Positions 1 through 9,739 of a stretch of 64,000 bases of DNA are shown piece by piece. Under the pieces are notes generated by a model. That model was given only the letters and a program-made list of their open reading frames with translations. It did no database searches and was not told the DNA's origin. Origin of the DNA: an uncultured Ignavibacteriota bacterium (GTDB taxonomy: Bacteria; Bacteroidota; Ignavibacteria; UBA10030; UBA8401); the NCBI GenBank assembly GCA_903861125.1, contig CAIOTF010000038.1, positions 78,060 through 142,059 of the forward strand, given 5' to 3'. The translations under genes and the position numbers were made by a program. Position 1 is the stretch's first letter. Each line of letters opens with the position of its first letter.

Positions 1-584
1 TCGCCGCTCTTGCGCGTATCGTATTCTGTTTTGGTGTAGAGAAATTCCTGATTGTGAAAGATCTCATGATCGACAGAGACCTTTAATCTCATATCATACA
101 ATCCGGCACGTTCCAGTTTGCCGATTGATCCATATTTCTTAAGCGCTTTTTTCACCGCAGAAACAGAAAAGAACATTACAGAGCCAAAATCAAAATTATC
201 ACGGATACTGCCAAGTTGATAGTCGATGGTTGGATGTTCAGTCCGTTTTCCTTCTTTCACTTCATAAAAATCGGAATAGACCATTCCCGCACCCGTATCT
301 TCTGCAATATGGACGAAGCGTTCCAACGCTGCCTGATTGAACGTGATCGACTGTGCCTGATTGATCAAGAGCAGAAATTCAGTCGAAAGTTTTTCAACGA
401 CTGCGCTGAGGGTCTTTCCGGAAGTCAGTGAATCGACCTTTATTCCTTTGCATTTATCATGTGTGCCGGAATACTGTCCGTCATGAGCAATCAGAATTTT
501 TTTAACAAACGGTGATTCAATAAATTGTGCAAGAGTTGATTCGAAATACGATTCGGTGCTGAATGGGATAAGAACGGTGATCAT
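1..584 (-). CDS. Hypothetical protein, partial (ATG at 584-582, runs off left window edge). Possibly a GT-A-fold glycosyltransferase-like protein.
   Basis: Manual translation of the minus strand shows an uninterrupted frame across 1-584 (MITVLIPFSTESYFESTLAQFIESPFVKKILIAHDGQYSG...). It is the antisense of the listed 216..431 + ORF. No strong family match recognised. Confidence 0.4.
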   Translation of the reverse strand, partial: MITVLIPFSTESYFESTLAQFIESPFVKKILIAHDGQYSGTHDKCKGIKVDSLTSGKTLSAVVEKLSTEFLLLINQAQSITFNQAALERFVHIAEDTGAGMVYSDFYEVKEGKRTEHPTIDYQLGSIRDNFDFGSVMFFSVSAVKKALKKYGSIGKLERAGLYDMRLKVSVDHEIFHNQEFLYTKTEYDTRKSG

Positions 585-682
585 GAGCGATGCCTACTTA
601 ATGATTTCTGATATTAAAAATTACCGTAACAATGTAAAAAGAAGAGATAGTGAAAGCAACCACTTTAGATTTACCGAAAATA

Positions 683-712
683 AAAAAGCCTTGATTTCAC
701 AAGGCTTTTTGA
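683..712. terminator. Rho-independent terminator downstream of clpB. Hairpin AAGCCTTG-loop-CAAGGCTT flanked by an A-run and a T-run, so it could function in both directions.
   Basis: Perfect 8-bp stem at 686-693/700-707 with a 6-nt loop. T-run at 706-710 and A-run at 682-687. Located 20 nt past the clpB stop on the minus strand. Confidence 0.6.
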
Positions 713-730
713 AGATAAAACGCATATTTA

Positions 731-3370
731 TTATCCCAATTTCCGAAACACCAGTTGTCCTTCACCTTCTAACGCAAGTTCAAGGGCATCCCCCTCTACA
801 ACTTCACCTGCCAGGATCCTGGAAGAAAGAACATCAATAATATGTTTTTGGATTGTCCTTTTCAACGGACGTGCGCCGTAACTCGGATCGTAGCCGAGAC
901 GGGCGATCCAGTCTTTTGCATCGTCGGTAACAACAAGCGTCATCTCTTTTTTTGCAAGTAATTGAGCGACTCGCTTTAATTGAATATTGATCACTTGTTT
1001 TATATCCGCACGAGTAAGAGGCTTGAAGAGGATCACTTCATCCACACGGTTCAAAAATTCAGGGCGGATTGTCTGGCGAAGCAGTTGGTTCAATTGCGAA
1101 CGGAGATCGCCGGCAAAATTTTTCCAGTCATCGTCTGTTTCCATCTGGGCCATCCGTTCCTGAATCATCTGCGAACCGAGATTGGAGGTCATTATGACGA
1201 TCGTATTCTTGAAGTTCACCGTCCGGCCCTTCGAATCGGTTAATCGTCCGTCATCCAGCAGTTGCAGAAGCACATTGAATACTTCCGGATGCGCTTTTTC
1301 GATCTCGTCCAGCAATACTACGGAATACGGTTTTCGCCGCACTGCTTCCGTCAGTTGCCCACCCTCTTCATAGCCGACATATCCGGGGGGCGCACCGATC
1401 AAACGTGAGACGGAAAATTTTTCCATGTATTCACTCATGTCGATGCGTACCATCGCATTTTCATCATTGAAGAGCAATTCAGCCAGAGAGCGTGCCAGTT
1501 CTGTCTTTCCGACGCCGGTTGTTCCGAGAAAAATAAATGAACCAATCGGACGTTTTTCATCCTGCAGCCCTGCACGGCTGCGGCGGATCGCATCGGCGAC
1601 CGCTTTCACCGCTTCTTCCTGATTCACCATCCGCTCGTGGATCTTATCCTCAAGGTGAAGCAATTTCGAACGTTCGCTTTCAAGCATGCGCGTAACCGGT
1701 ATGCCGGTCCATTTTGAAACTATTTCGGCAATATCTTCGGCATCGACCTCCTCTTTCAGCATTTTCTGATTCTTTTGGATCTCGGAAAGTTTCACCGTTG
1801 TTTCTTTCAGATTCCTTTCAAGTCCCGCAAGTGTACCATATCGCAATTCGGCAACTTTGCCAAGGTCTCCCTCACGCTCTTTTTTATCCGCTGTGATCTT
1901 AACATTCTCGATCTCTTCCTTCATCTTCCGGATCATCTGAATGAAATTCTTCTCGTTCTTCCAATGCGTACGAAGCACGCTTCGTGTCTGATTCAGTTCG
2001 GCAAGATCCTTTTCAATTTCACTAATGTGGGTTTTTATCGCCGCACGATCCGTTTCATCTGCATATTCAGCAGAGAGCTCGCGGTTCACGGCTTCCCGTT
2101 CGATTTCCAATTGTTTAACTTTACGTTCGATCACGTCCAGTTCTTCCGGCATCGAATCGATTTCGATCCGCAATTTTGACGCCGCTTCATCAACAAGATC
2201 GATCGCCTTATCCGGAAGGAATCTGTCCGAAATATAGCGGTGACTTAACTGTGCGGCCGCAACGATCGCGCCGTCGGTGATCCGCACACCGTGATGCACT
2301 TCGTACCGTTCCGCAAGGCCGCGAAGGATGGAGATTGTATCTTCAACAGTCGGTTCGTCTACATGAACTGGCTGAAATCTCCGTTCCAGAGCGGGATCTT
2401 TTTCGATATATTTTCTATACTCATCAAGAGTGGTAGCGCCGATCGCACGGAGATCCCCGCGGGCCAGAGCTGGTTTCAGCATGTTGGCAGCATCGACCGC
2501 CCCTTGCGCAGCACCGGCGCCGACAAGCGTGTGCAGTTCATCAATAAAGAGAATGATCTCGCCGTTGGAGTTTTCCACTTCTTTCAGTACCGCTTTCAAT
2601 CGTTCTTCAAACTGTCCACGGAAACTCGCTCCGGCGATCAGCGTCGCCATATCAAGCGCAATGATCCGTTTCGATTTCAGATTGTCCGGAACATCGCCGG
2701 AGATAATTCTGTGTGCAAGCCCTTCGGCAATGGCGGTTTTGCCGACACCCGGCTCACCGATCAGCACCGGATTATTTTTTGTGCGTCGGCATAAGACCTG
2801 CAGAATGCGGCGAATCTCATCCTCCCTGCCGATAACGGGATCGAGCTTCCCTTTGCGGGCAAGATCGTTCAGATCGCGGCCGAATTTTTCGAGTGATTGA
2901 TATTTGTCTTCCGGATTCTGGTCCGTAACGCGCTGTGTTCCGCGGACCTCCTTCAGAGCCTTCATGACCCCATCCTTGGTGATGCCCTGATCGATAAGCA
3001 GTTTTACTCCGCCATTATTCTTCTGATCAAGAAGTGCCAGCAGCAAATGTTCCGTGCTTACATAATCATCTTTCAGGTTTTCGGTCTCTTTTTGCGCCTG
3101 TTCAAAGACTTTTTGCAGTGACGTGGAGATGAATTGCTGAGCACCGCTTACTTTCGGCAGTTTCTCTATAACTTCGTTGATCTTTATTTTTACGTAGTTA
3201 ACATTCGCGCCGAGTTTTTGTAGCAGCGGCATAATGATCCCCCGGGAATCCTGTACAAGCGCGGCGAGTAAATGTTCCGGTTCCAAGGATTGGTTACCGT
3301 ATGACGTAGCTATCTCCTGTGCATTCTGCACAGATTCCTGCGATTTTAAAGTGAATTTATTGAAATTCAT
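731..3370 (-). CDS. clpB: ATP-dependent chaperone ClpB (AAA+ disaggregase).
   Basis: Two Walker A motifs ([17 protein letters not shown]), a long middle coiled-coil and N-terminal similarity to E. coli ClpB. The most likely start is the Met at 3370 ([12 protein letters not shown] aligns with the E. coli ClpB N-terminus). The ORF track extends it to 3412. Confidence 0.93.
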   Translation of the reverse strand: MNFNKFTLKSQESVQNAQEIATSYGNQSLEPEHLLAALVQDSRGIIMPLLQKLGANVNYVKIKINEVIEKLPKVSGAQQFISTSLQKVFEQAQKETENLKDDYVSTEHLLLALLDQKNNGGVKLLIDQGITKDGVMKALKEVRGTQRVTDQNPEDKYQSLEKFGRDLNDLARKGKLDPVIGREDEIRRILQVLCRRTKNNPVLIGEPGVGKTAIAEGLAHRIISGDVPDNLKSKRIIALDMATLIAGASFRGQFEERLKAVLKEVENSNGEIILFIDELHTLVGAGAAQGAVDAANMLKPALARGDLRAIGATTLDEYRKYIEKDPALERRFQPVHVDEPTVEDTISILRGLAERYEVHHGVRITDGAIVAAAQLSHRYISDRFLPDKAIDLVDEAASKLRIEIDSMPEELDVIERKVKQLEIEREAVNRELSAEYADETDRAAIKTHISEIEKDLAELNQTRSVLRTHWKNEKNFIQMIRKMKEEIENVKITADKKEREGDLGKVAELRYGTLAGLERNLKETTVKLSEIQKNQKMLKEEVDAEDIAEIVSKWTGIPVTRMLESERSKLLHLEDKIHERMVNQEEAVKAVADAIRRSRAGLQDEKRPIGSFIFLGTTGVGKTELARSLAELLFNDENAMVRIDMSEYMEKFSVSRLIGAPPGYVGYEEGGQLTEAVRRKPYSVVLLDEIEKAHPEVFNVLLQLLDDGRLTDSKGRTVNFKNTIVIMTSNLGSQMIQERMAQMETDDDWKNFAGDLRSQLNQLLRQTIRPEFLNRVDEVILFKPLTRADIKQVINIQLKRVAQLLAKKEMTLVVTDDAKDWIARLGYDPSYGARPLKRTIQKHIIDVLSSRILAGEVVEGDALELALEGEGQLVFRKLG

Positions 3371-3417
3371 AATACCTGCTTTGATTTCAAGAACATTGCT
3401 ACTATTGTACAATCACG

Positions 3418-4308
3418 TTATTTTGACTTTGCATTTTGCATTCTCGTAAATTCTTTTTCTCTCTCCTGGCTTATCCCCGGCACGTTGAGCAATTCGGATA
3501 ATTTATACGCCGGAACAACACCGACAAGACCGCCGGTATCGTTTTTTGTCCTTTCCGGACGAACCTCTCCATAACTTCCCGATATGATCCCAGTAAGAAA
3601 GAACTTTGCCGGAAGAGTGCCGCTTCCGGTATCTTTTGAAGCAGGCGCGTAATAATACAGTGGGGAACCCATGCTCCCGGGTGTAATAGCCGTTTCAACA
3701 AGGAATAATTCCGTATAACTTTTTCCCAACATATATTTTTCTTCGGAGAGTTGTGCAACTTTGCCGAACCGCACAATGGGTATGTTCTTAAACATCCCTA
3801 TGTGAGCGGATAACATGCCGATATGAAATACCTCATCACCTTCGCCGAGGTTCTCTTTTTTGAAGAAATCCATCTGCGCAATCATTCCAAAAGGAATGAA
3901 CAGAAGATCATACCTGTTCAGGTCCGGATAAGCAGGAATCACTGCAAGATCTACCGTTGAATCCGGATGAAGGAAATAGCGCCGCACTCCTTTTTGGACC
4001 AACGGGATGATCAACGTATCTGAGTATCCCTCTTTTCTGTTTATCCTGATATACACTGTGTCATAGAATGACCCGTCAATTCTTTTCAAAACATTTTTAG
4101 AAGTGACAAGATATCCGAAATTTGCCGTATCGGTGTTTTGATTTGTTCTCAGCAATACAAAAAAACCAGTCCCAAGCGGTGACAATCTGCTGCTTGAATC
4201 TTTCGCAAAAACAAATACAACGGATTTTTTCACCTGCATCGGAATTTTTGCCGCAAGTGCAGAAGCCGATGTAACCAGCATTACAAGCAATAGATATCGT
4301 ATTTTCAT
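3418..4308 (-). CDS. Secreted trypsin-like-fold (S1/Trypsin_2-like) protein with substituted catalytic residues; probable pseudo-protease.
   Basis: N-terminal signal peptide (MKIRYLLLVMLVTSASALA). GTGFFV...YLVTSKNVL occupies the position of the tnaHVv catalytic His box with K in place of H. DLAVI matches the Asp box. GSMGSP occupies the GDSGGP-type Ser box with M in place of the nucleophilic Ser. Confidence 0.5.
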   Translation of the reverse strand: MKIRYLLLVMLVTSASALAAKIPMQVKKSVVFVFAKDSSSRLSPLGTGFFVLLRTNQNTDTANFGYLVTSKNVLKRIDGSFYDTVYIRINRKEGYSDTLIIPLVQKGVRRYFLHPDSTVDLAVIPAYPDLNRYDLLFIPFGMIAQMDFFKKENLGEGDEVFHIGMLSAHIGMFKNIPIVRFGKVAQLSEEKYMLGKSYTELFLVETAITPGSMGSPLYYYAPASKDTGSGTLPAKFFLTGIISGSYGEVRPERTKNDTGGLVGVVPAYKLSELLNVPGISQEREKEFTRMQNAKSK

Positions 4309-4413
4309 GAACCAACTTTCGTTTATATTTGTATAATTATTTTCTTTGCGCGGAAGATTTCCTTACTGTTTTTATGCTTTCAATTTTCTATCAACAAGAT
4401 GATGTGAACGAAA

Positions 4414-5613
4414 TTACAATTCCACAAGTTGAACTTGAATCACTTCGCTCGTTCTACTGCTGATTGCAGAAAGTATTGCTTCCGACGGTTTCGCGACGAG
4501 TTTCATTGTGCAGCTGGCGGTCAACGTTCCTTCAAAGATCAGATTTTCAACCTCCTGGATATTGATGTGTACCGATTTCAGATCGTTGAACACGTTCGCA
4601 AGAACACCCGGTTTATCATAATGCCGTACAACAAGCTGATATTTCGCCGGGGTCACTTTCGCTTTGTTCACCCAATTTTTCACCGTACCGCGCTCTTTAT
4701 ACTGCTTGATGATCGCAACTGTTTCATCGGCGATCGCATTCTGCGCTTGTTCAGTTGAAGCACCAATATGATGTGTGCCGTACACGTTCGGAAGCGAAGC
4801 AAGTTTATTGGTGAATGGCGAATTCTTATCCTCCGGTTCACCGGAAAATACGTCGGCACCGACACGGATTCTGCCTGCCGCTGCAGCTTCATACAATGCT
4901 TCCTCGTCGACCACTTCCCAGCGGGATGTATTCAGGAAAAGAGTATTCGGTCTCATCATTCCGATCAATTCTTTTGTAAAGATCCTTTTCGTTTCAGGCT
5001 TCAAGGCAAGATGCACCGAAATGACATCGCATTGCGGGATCAATTCCGCAATCGATTCGGCCTTCATCACTCCCATCGCATCCGCTTTTTCCGTTGTCAG
5101 CGACCGCGACCAGGCAATAACATTCATGCCAAATGCCCTGGCGCGAAGAATGAATTCCTGCCCGATCTGTCCTGTACCGATCACCCCGACAGTTTTTCCG
5201 TAAATTCCATCAGCCTTCGAATACTCACTCTTGTTCCATTTCCCTTTTCGAAGATCGGCAACATTGTCGGGGATTCTCCGGTCAAGAGAAAGGAGCAGTC
5301 CCATGGCAAGTTCAGCTACTGCAATAGAATTTTTTCCAGGACAATTTGAGACATATATGCCACGTGCATTGGCGGCATTCATATTAATGTTATTGACCCC
5401 CGCACCGGCCCGGATGATAAGAGAAAGATTTTTTGCCGCGGCAATGCAATCAGCATGGACTTCCGTCGAACGCACGACGAGAACATCGGCGTCTTCAATT
5501 GCCGATGCGAGTTCTTCCGCTTTTAATTTCGGTTTGTTTACGACCTGTATACCAAGCGAAGTGATGTTGTCGATGGTTCTTTGCGGCAACGTATCGGCGA
5601 ACAGAACTTTCAT
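4414..5613 (-). CDS. serA: D-3-phosphoglycerate dehydrogenase (2-hydroxyacid dehydrogenase with C-terminal ACT domain).
   Basis: NAD-binding GxGxxG (GVIGTGQIG), conserved R/E/H catalytic region (HIGASTEQAQ) and a C-terminal ACT-like regulatory segment. About 400 aa. Confidence 0.85.
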   Translation of the reverse strand: MKVLFADTLPQRTIDNITSLGIQVVNKPKLKAEELASAIEDADVLVVRSTEVHADCIAAAKNLSLIIRAGAGVNNINMNAANARGIYVSNCPGKNSIAVAELAMGLLLSLDRRIPDNVADLRKGKWNKSEYSKADGIYGKTVGVIGTGQIGQEFILRARAFGMNVIAWSRSLTTEKADAMGVMKAESIAELIPQCDVISVHLALKPETKRIFTKELIGMMRPNTLFLNTSRWEVVDEEALYEAAAAGRIRVGADVFSGEPEDKNSPFTNKLASLPNVYGTHHIGASTEQAQNAIADETVAIIKQYKERGTVKNWVNKAKVTPAKYQLVVRHYDKPGVLANVFNDLKSVHINIQEVENLIFEGTLTASCTMKLVAKPSEAILSAISSRTSEVIQVQLVEL

Positions 5614-5737
5614 ACTAATCCTTTTTATATGAATAGCAGGTCAACGGTCAGTTGTTGACAAAATAAAGTAAAATGTTTTTACAACGCCATCATTTCTGCT
5701 TCTACGCCACTGATGAAATAACACTGCAAAGTCCGAT

Positions 5738-5770
5738 ATAAAGAAGGCGAGGAAAACCCCGCCTTCATTG
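5738..5770 (-). terminator. Rho-independent terminator after dnaK.
   Basis: The minus strand reads GAAGGCGGGGTTTTCCTCGCCTTC followed by TTTATAT. Located about 30 nt after the dnaK stop. Confidence 0.55.
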
Positions 5771-5797
5771 TATCTTCAAGAGTGCTCAATCAACAAA

Positions 5798-7720
5798 TTA
5801 TTTGTCGTCAACCACTTCAAAATCAGCATTCTCTACCTTCTTTCCTCCATCGGCATTGCCGCCGCCGGATGATTGCTGTTGTTGACCGCCTTGTTCTGCA
5901 CCGGGCTGCGGTCCTGCTGATTTCGCTGCTTCGTACATTTTGGTTGACGCTTCGTTCCAGATCTTTTCGAGTTCTTCTTTCTTTTCCTTGATTCCGGAAT
6001 TCACTTTGATCGCTTCTTCGAGTGCGGTAGCCGCAGCTTCGATCTTTGCTTTCGTGTCCGCATCAATCTTGTCCCCGAGATCTGTCAATTGTTTTCGGGT
6101 CGAAAAAACAAGCGAATCAGCCTGATTCTTGGTTTCAATCTCTTCTTTTTTCTTCGCATCATCGGCAGCATGCGCCTGAGCATCCTTTTTCATCTTATCA
6201 ACTTCTTCCTTACTCAGTCCCGAAGAAGAAGTGATCCGGATGTTCTGCTCTTTTCCTGTCGCTTTATCTTTTGCGGAAACGGAAAGCATACCGTTCGCAT
6301 CAATATCAAGCGACACTTCGATTTGTGGAACACCGCGAGGCGCCGGCGGAATCCCGTCAAGATGGAATTTCCCAAGCGAACGGTTATCGATCGCCAGCGG
6401 GCGCTCACCCTGCAGAATGTGGATCTCAACCGATGTCTGACTGTCGGCTGCGGTACTGAAAACCTCGCTTTTCTTCGTCGGTATCGTCGTGTTCGCATCG
6501 ATCAATTTTGTCAAAACGCCGCCGAGTGTTTCAATTCCAAGTGATAACGGAGTAACGTCGAGCAGCAGAACGTCGGTGACATCACCGGCAAGAACGCCCC
6601 CTTGGATAGCCGCGCCAATAGCAACAACTTCATCGGGATTCACCCCTTTGTGTCCTTCTTTGCCGAAGAATTTTTTTACCAACTCTTGAACTGCCGGCAT
6701 ACGGGTCATGCCGCCGACAAGGATCACTTCATCAATTTGACTAATGTTGTATCCGGAATCTTTGATCGCTTTTTCGGTCGGTGTTAGGCAGCGTTTCAAC
6801 AGATCGTCTACAAGCTGTTCAAATTTCGACCGCTGCAGCGTCATTGTAAAATGCTTCGGTCCATCCTGAGTTGCCGTGATAAAGGGAAGATTGATCTCCG
6901 TCTGTGCCGATGAGGAGAGCTCAATTTTCGCTTTCTCCGCTGCTTCACGCAAACGCTGAAGAGCCATAGCATCCTTCAGCAAATCGACCCCTTCGGTTTT
7001 CTTAAACTCTTCAGCGAAGAACTCAACGAGACGCTGATCGAAATTGTCGCCTCCGAGATGTGTATCACCATTCGTTGATTTCACTTCGAACACACCGTCA
7101 CCAAGATCAAGGACAGAGATGTCGAACGTTCCGCCGCCGAGATCGAATACGGCAATTTTTGTATTCTTATGCTTCTTATCCAAACCGTACGCAAGAGCTG
7201 CCGCGGTCGGCTCGTTCACTATCCGGCGAACAATCAGACCGGCGATCTCTCCGGCTTCTTTTGTAGCCTGTCTCTGTGCATCATTAAAGTATGCAGGGAC
7301 AGTGATCACCGCTTCGGTTACTTTTTGTCCGAGATAATCTTCCGCTGTTTGTTTCATTTTTTGAAGAACCATTGCGGAGATTTCTGGCGGAGAGTACACG
7401 CGGTCCGAAATTTTTACGCGCGATGTATTATTGTCTCCGGTAACAACTTCGTAAGGAACGAGTTTCATTTCTTCGTTCACTTCGTTCATAAAGCGTCCCA
7501 TAAACCTTTTAATGGAATACACCGTATTCTTCGAGTTTGTCACCGATTGACGCTTTGCCGCTTGACCGACCAGGCGTTCGCCGTTCTTCGCAAATGCAAC
7601 GATAGACGGTGTTGTGCGCGCACCTTCTGAGTTTGCAATCACCACAGGTTCGTTTCCTTCCATCACAGCTACAACGGAGTTCGTTGTGCCGAGATCTATT
7701 CCAATGATCTTTCCAGCCAT
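5798..7720 (-). CDS. dnaK: Molecular chaperone DnaK (Hsp70).
   Basis: Hsp70 signatures [16 protein letters not shown] and [11 protein letters not shown], with a C-terminal Gly/Gln-rich tail ending EVVDDK. 640 aa. Confidence 0.97.
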   Translation of the reverse strand: MAGKIIGIDLGTTNSVVAVMEGNEPVVIANSEGARTTPSIVAFAKNGERLVGQAAKRQSVTNSKNTVYSIKRFMGRFMNEVNEEMKLVPYEVVTGDNNTSRVKISDRVYSPPEISAMVLQKMKQTAEDYLGQKVTEAVITVPAYFNDAQRQATKEAGEIAGLIVRRIVNEPTAAALAYGLDKKHKNTKIAVFDLGGGTFDISVLDLGDGVFEVKSTNGDTHLGGDNFDQRLVEFFAEEFKKTEGVDLLKDAMALQRLREAAEKAKIELSSSAQTEINLPFITATQDGPKHFTMTLQRSKFEQLVDDLLKRCLTPTEKAIKDSGYNISQIDEVILVGGMTRMPAVQELVKKFFGKEGHKGVNPDEVVAIGAAIQGGVLAGDVTDVLLLDVTPLSLGIETLGGVLTKLIDANTTIPTKKSEVFSTAADSQTSVEIHILQGERPLAIDNRSLGKFHLDGIPPAPRGVPQIEVSLDIDANGMLSVSAKDKATGKEQNIRITSSSGLSKEEVDKMKKDAQAHAADDAKKKEEIETKNQADSLVFSTRKQLTDLGDKIDADTKAKIEAAATALEEAIKVNSGIKEKKEELEKIWNEASTKMYEAAKSAGPQPGAEQGGQQQQSSGGGNADGGKKVENADFEVVDDK

Positions 7721-8034
7721 AATAATATTCCTTTATTTTATTGTTGTAGTTTTAGACTTTTCTGCGTATCTCTCTGCAACCATCGTGCCATAGAAAGATT
7801 GCTGATTTATTTAGAGATTTGATAAAAGACGAATTGTTGATTTATTAAATTATGTCATTTTGTCATTATATTGGCATTAGTTTCTGCCAGCTACGGCAAT
7901 ATGTCATGTTTTTGCATTTTTCCCTCTTGAATCAAGAAGTTTCAAGGCTTGACAGGAGATGTAATAACTGGTTACTTTCATTATCGGCAGAATAAAGAAT
8001 CCGTATAAACAATTTAACAGACGCATCATAGACA

Positions 8035-8817
8035 TTGATAAATAAAGATCAAATATTAGCCGATTTGGCAACCAAACAATTTGGGAAAAATGTTCTCTCT
8101 TTTGATACGATTGACTCCACCAATACATATGCAAAAAAATTAAATAAAGCAGAAGCGCCTCATGGAACGATCATCATCGCCGAACAACAAACCGATGGAC
8201 GCGGACGAATGCATCGGAAATGGGTTTCGCCGAAAGATAAAAATCTTCTGTTTTCCGTAATTCTGTACCCTGAGATGGACATTGAAAAAATATCGCTTCT
8301 ACCGTTCGCCGGCTCTCTTGCCGTTGCCGATGCGATTGAATCGGTCACAGAATTATCCCCGACGTGTAAATGGCCAAATGATGTTCTCATCAATAACAAA
8401 AAAGTGTGCGGTATGCTCCTGGAAACATCGTCGGGAAATTACGGAATAGAAAGGATTATCCTCGGCATCGGCCTGAATGTGAACCAGGTAGAATTTCCCG
8501 ATGATCTGATTACCAAAGCAACGTCGTTAACGGTGGAATGTGGATTGGAAGTAGACCGAATTCGCTTGCTGCAGAAGATCCTGGAGGAACTGGAGAACCG
8601 CTATGAACAGTTATCACGCTTCTCAGCCGGACAACTGTTGAATGATTGGCGAATGAAAGCATTGCTTTTCGGGAAAAAGATCACTGTATTAGAAAATGAA
8701 TTCAGCTTCACTGCTACTGCAATCGATGTAGCAGACGACGGCAGTCTTATCATCGAAACAGAAGAGGGCCGAAAACGAAATATTTTTGCAGGAGACGTAA
8801 GTCTCGCGTATCGCTGA
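8035..8817 (+). CDS. birA: Biotin--[acetyl-CoA-carboxylase] ligase, class I (catalytic domain only, no N-terminal HTH).
   Basis: GRGRMHRKW biotin-binding motif with IDSTN upstream. The frame opens immediately after a TAG with a TTG start at 8035. 260 aa. Confidence 0.85.
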   Translation: MINKDQILADLATKQFGKNVLSFDTIDSTNTYAKKLNKAEAPHGTIIIAEQQTDGRGRMHRKWVSPKDKNLLFSVILYPEMDIEKISLLPFAGSLAVADAIESVTELSPTCKWPNDVLINNKKVCGMLLETSSGNYGIERIILGIGLNVNQVEFPDDLITKATSLTVECGLEVDRIRLLQKILEELENRYEQLSRFSAGQLLNDWRMKALLFGKKITVLENEFSFTATAIDVADDGSLIIETEEGRKRNIFAGDVSLAYR

Positions 8818-8862
8818 GAGCATGCGCAATACATTCACGACAACATAAAGGACTACAATCAG

Positions 8863-9648
8863 ATGATTCTCGCAATTGATATCGGCAACACTCATACCGT
8901 CATCGGAATATACAATGGCAGCAAACTGCTCGGAGACTGGCGCGTTACAAGTTTCGTTACCCGCACGGAAGACGAATTCGGAGCCCTTGTCACACAATTC
9001 TGTAAAGACGCGAACATTTCCATGAAAAAGATCGATTCCATCGGTATCGCTTCCGTCGTGCCGAATCTTACAGAAGTGTGCGTGAAGATGTCTCAAAAAT
9101 ATTTTAAGATCGAACCAATTGTCGTATCATCGGATCTTGACCTCGGTATCAAAGTATTGTACGATGATCCCCGTTCTGTCGGGGCCGACAGATTGTGCAA
9201 TGCCGTTGCAGGATATGCAAAATATAAAGGACCGATTGTTATTATCGATTTTGGTACAGCAACAACGTTTGATGTGGTATCAAAAAATGGCGAATATCTT
9301 GGTGGAGTCATCAACGCCGGAATAGAAACTTCCTCCGGAGAACTTCACCGGCGTGCAGCAAAACTGCCCAAGATCGATCTGAAATTCCCGGACAAAGTGA
9401 TCGGAACAAATACGGTCAACAGCATGCAGTCCGGCATTTTATACGGTGCACTCGATTCGATGGAGACAATGGTCCGCCGCATCTCAAAGGAACTGGACGA
9501 CTATCCAACGGTCATTGCTACCGGCGGATTCTCGGAAACGATGAAAAAACAATCAAAGGTGATCAACAAACATGAGCCTGCGCTGGTATTGGAAGGGATA
9601 CGATTGATCGTTGAACGGCTGGAAAAGAAAAGCAAGAAAAAGAAATAG
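8863..9648 (+). CDS. coaX: Type III pantothenate kinase (Baf family).
   Basis: N-terminal MILAIDIGNTHT ASKHA motif and DFGTATTFD. Placed immediately after birA, the classic birA-coaX pairing. Confidence 0.9.
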   Translation: MILAIDIGNTHTVIGIYNGSKLLGDWRVTSFVTRTEDEFGALVTQFCKDANISMKKIDSIGIASVVPNLTEVCVKMSQKYFKIEPIVVSSDLDLGIKVLYDDPRSVGADRLCNAVAGYAKYKGPIVIIDFGTATTFDVVSKNGEYLGGVINAGIETSSGELHRRAAKLPKIDLKFPDKVIGTNTVNSMQSGILYGALDSMETMVRRISKELDDYPTVIATGGFSETMKKQSKVINKHEPALVLEGIRLIVERLEKKSKKKK

Positions 9649-9668
9649 CACTTATTGCTTAATCCTAA

Positions 9669-9700
9669 TAAAAAACGCCGTCTATAAGACGGCGTTTTTT
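9669..9700. terminator. Bidirectional rho-independent terminator between coaX (+) and nuoN (-).
   Basis: AAAAAACGCCGTCT-ata-AGACGGCGTTTTTT: a 9-bp GC-rich stem flanked by an A-run and a T-run. Confidence 0.8.
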
Positions 9701-9739
9701 ATTGTGGAATATTTTTGAGTGAACATCAGTTTGTAGAGA

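Noticed and set aside
556-840. Plus-strand ORF 556..840 (94 aa) and other short plus-strand ORFs inside 731-3412.
   Set aside because: They overlap the strongly supported minus-strand clpB and the minus-strand partial gene 1-584. They look like antisense shadow ORFs with no recognisable domains.
7872-7887. Sigma-54-like TGGCAT-N4-TTCTGC element in the dnaK/birA intergenic region.
   Set aside because: The spacing is one off and the -12 element is not TTGC(A/T). The match is too weak to call.
7915-7950. Palindrome CTTGAATCAAG / CTTGAAA (sigma-32-like -35) upstream of dnaK, and a search for a CIRCE element.
   Set aside because: No accompanying CCCCAT-type -10 at the right spacing, and no TTAGCACTC-N9-GAGTGCTAA CIRCE. 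It may still be a lineage-specific heat-shock promoter, but this is not supportable from sequence alone.
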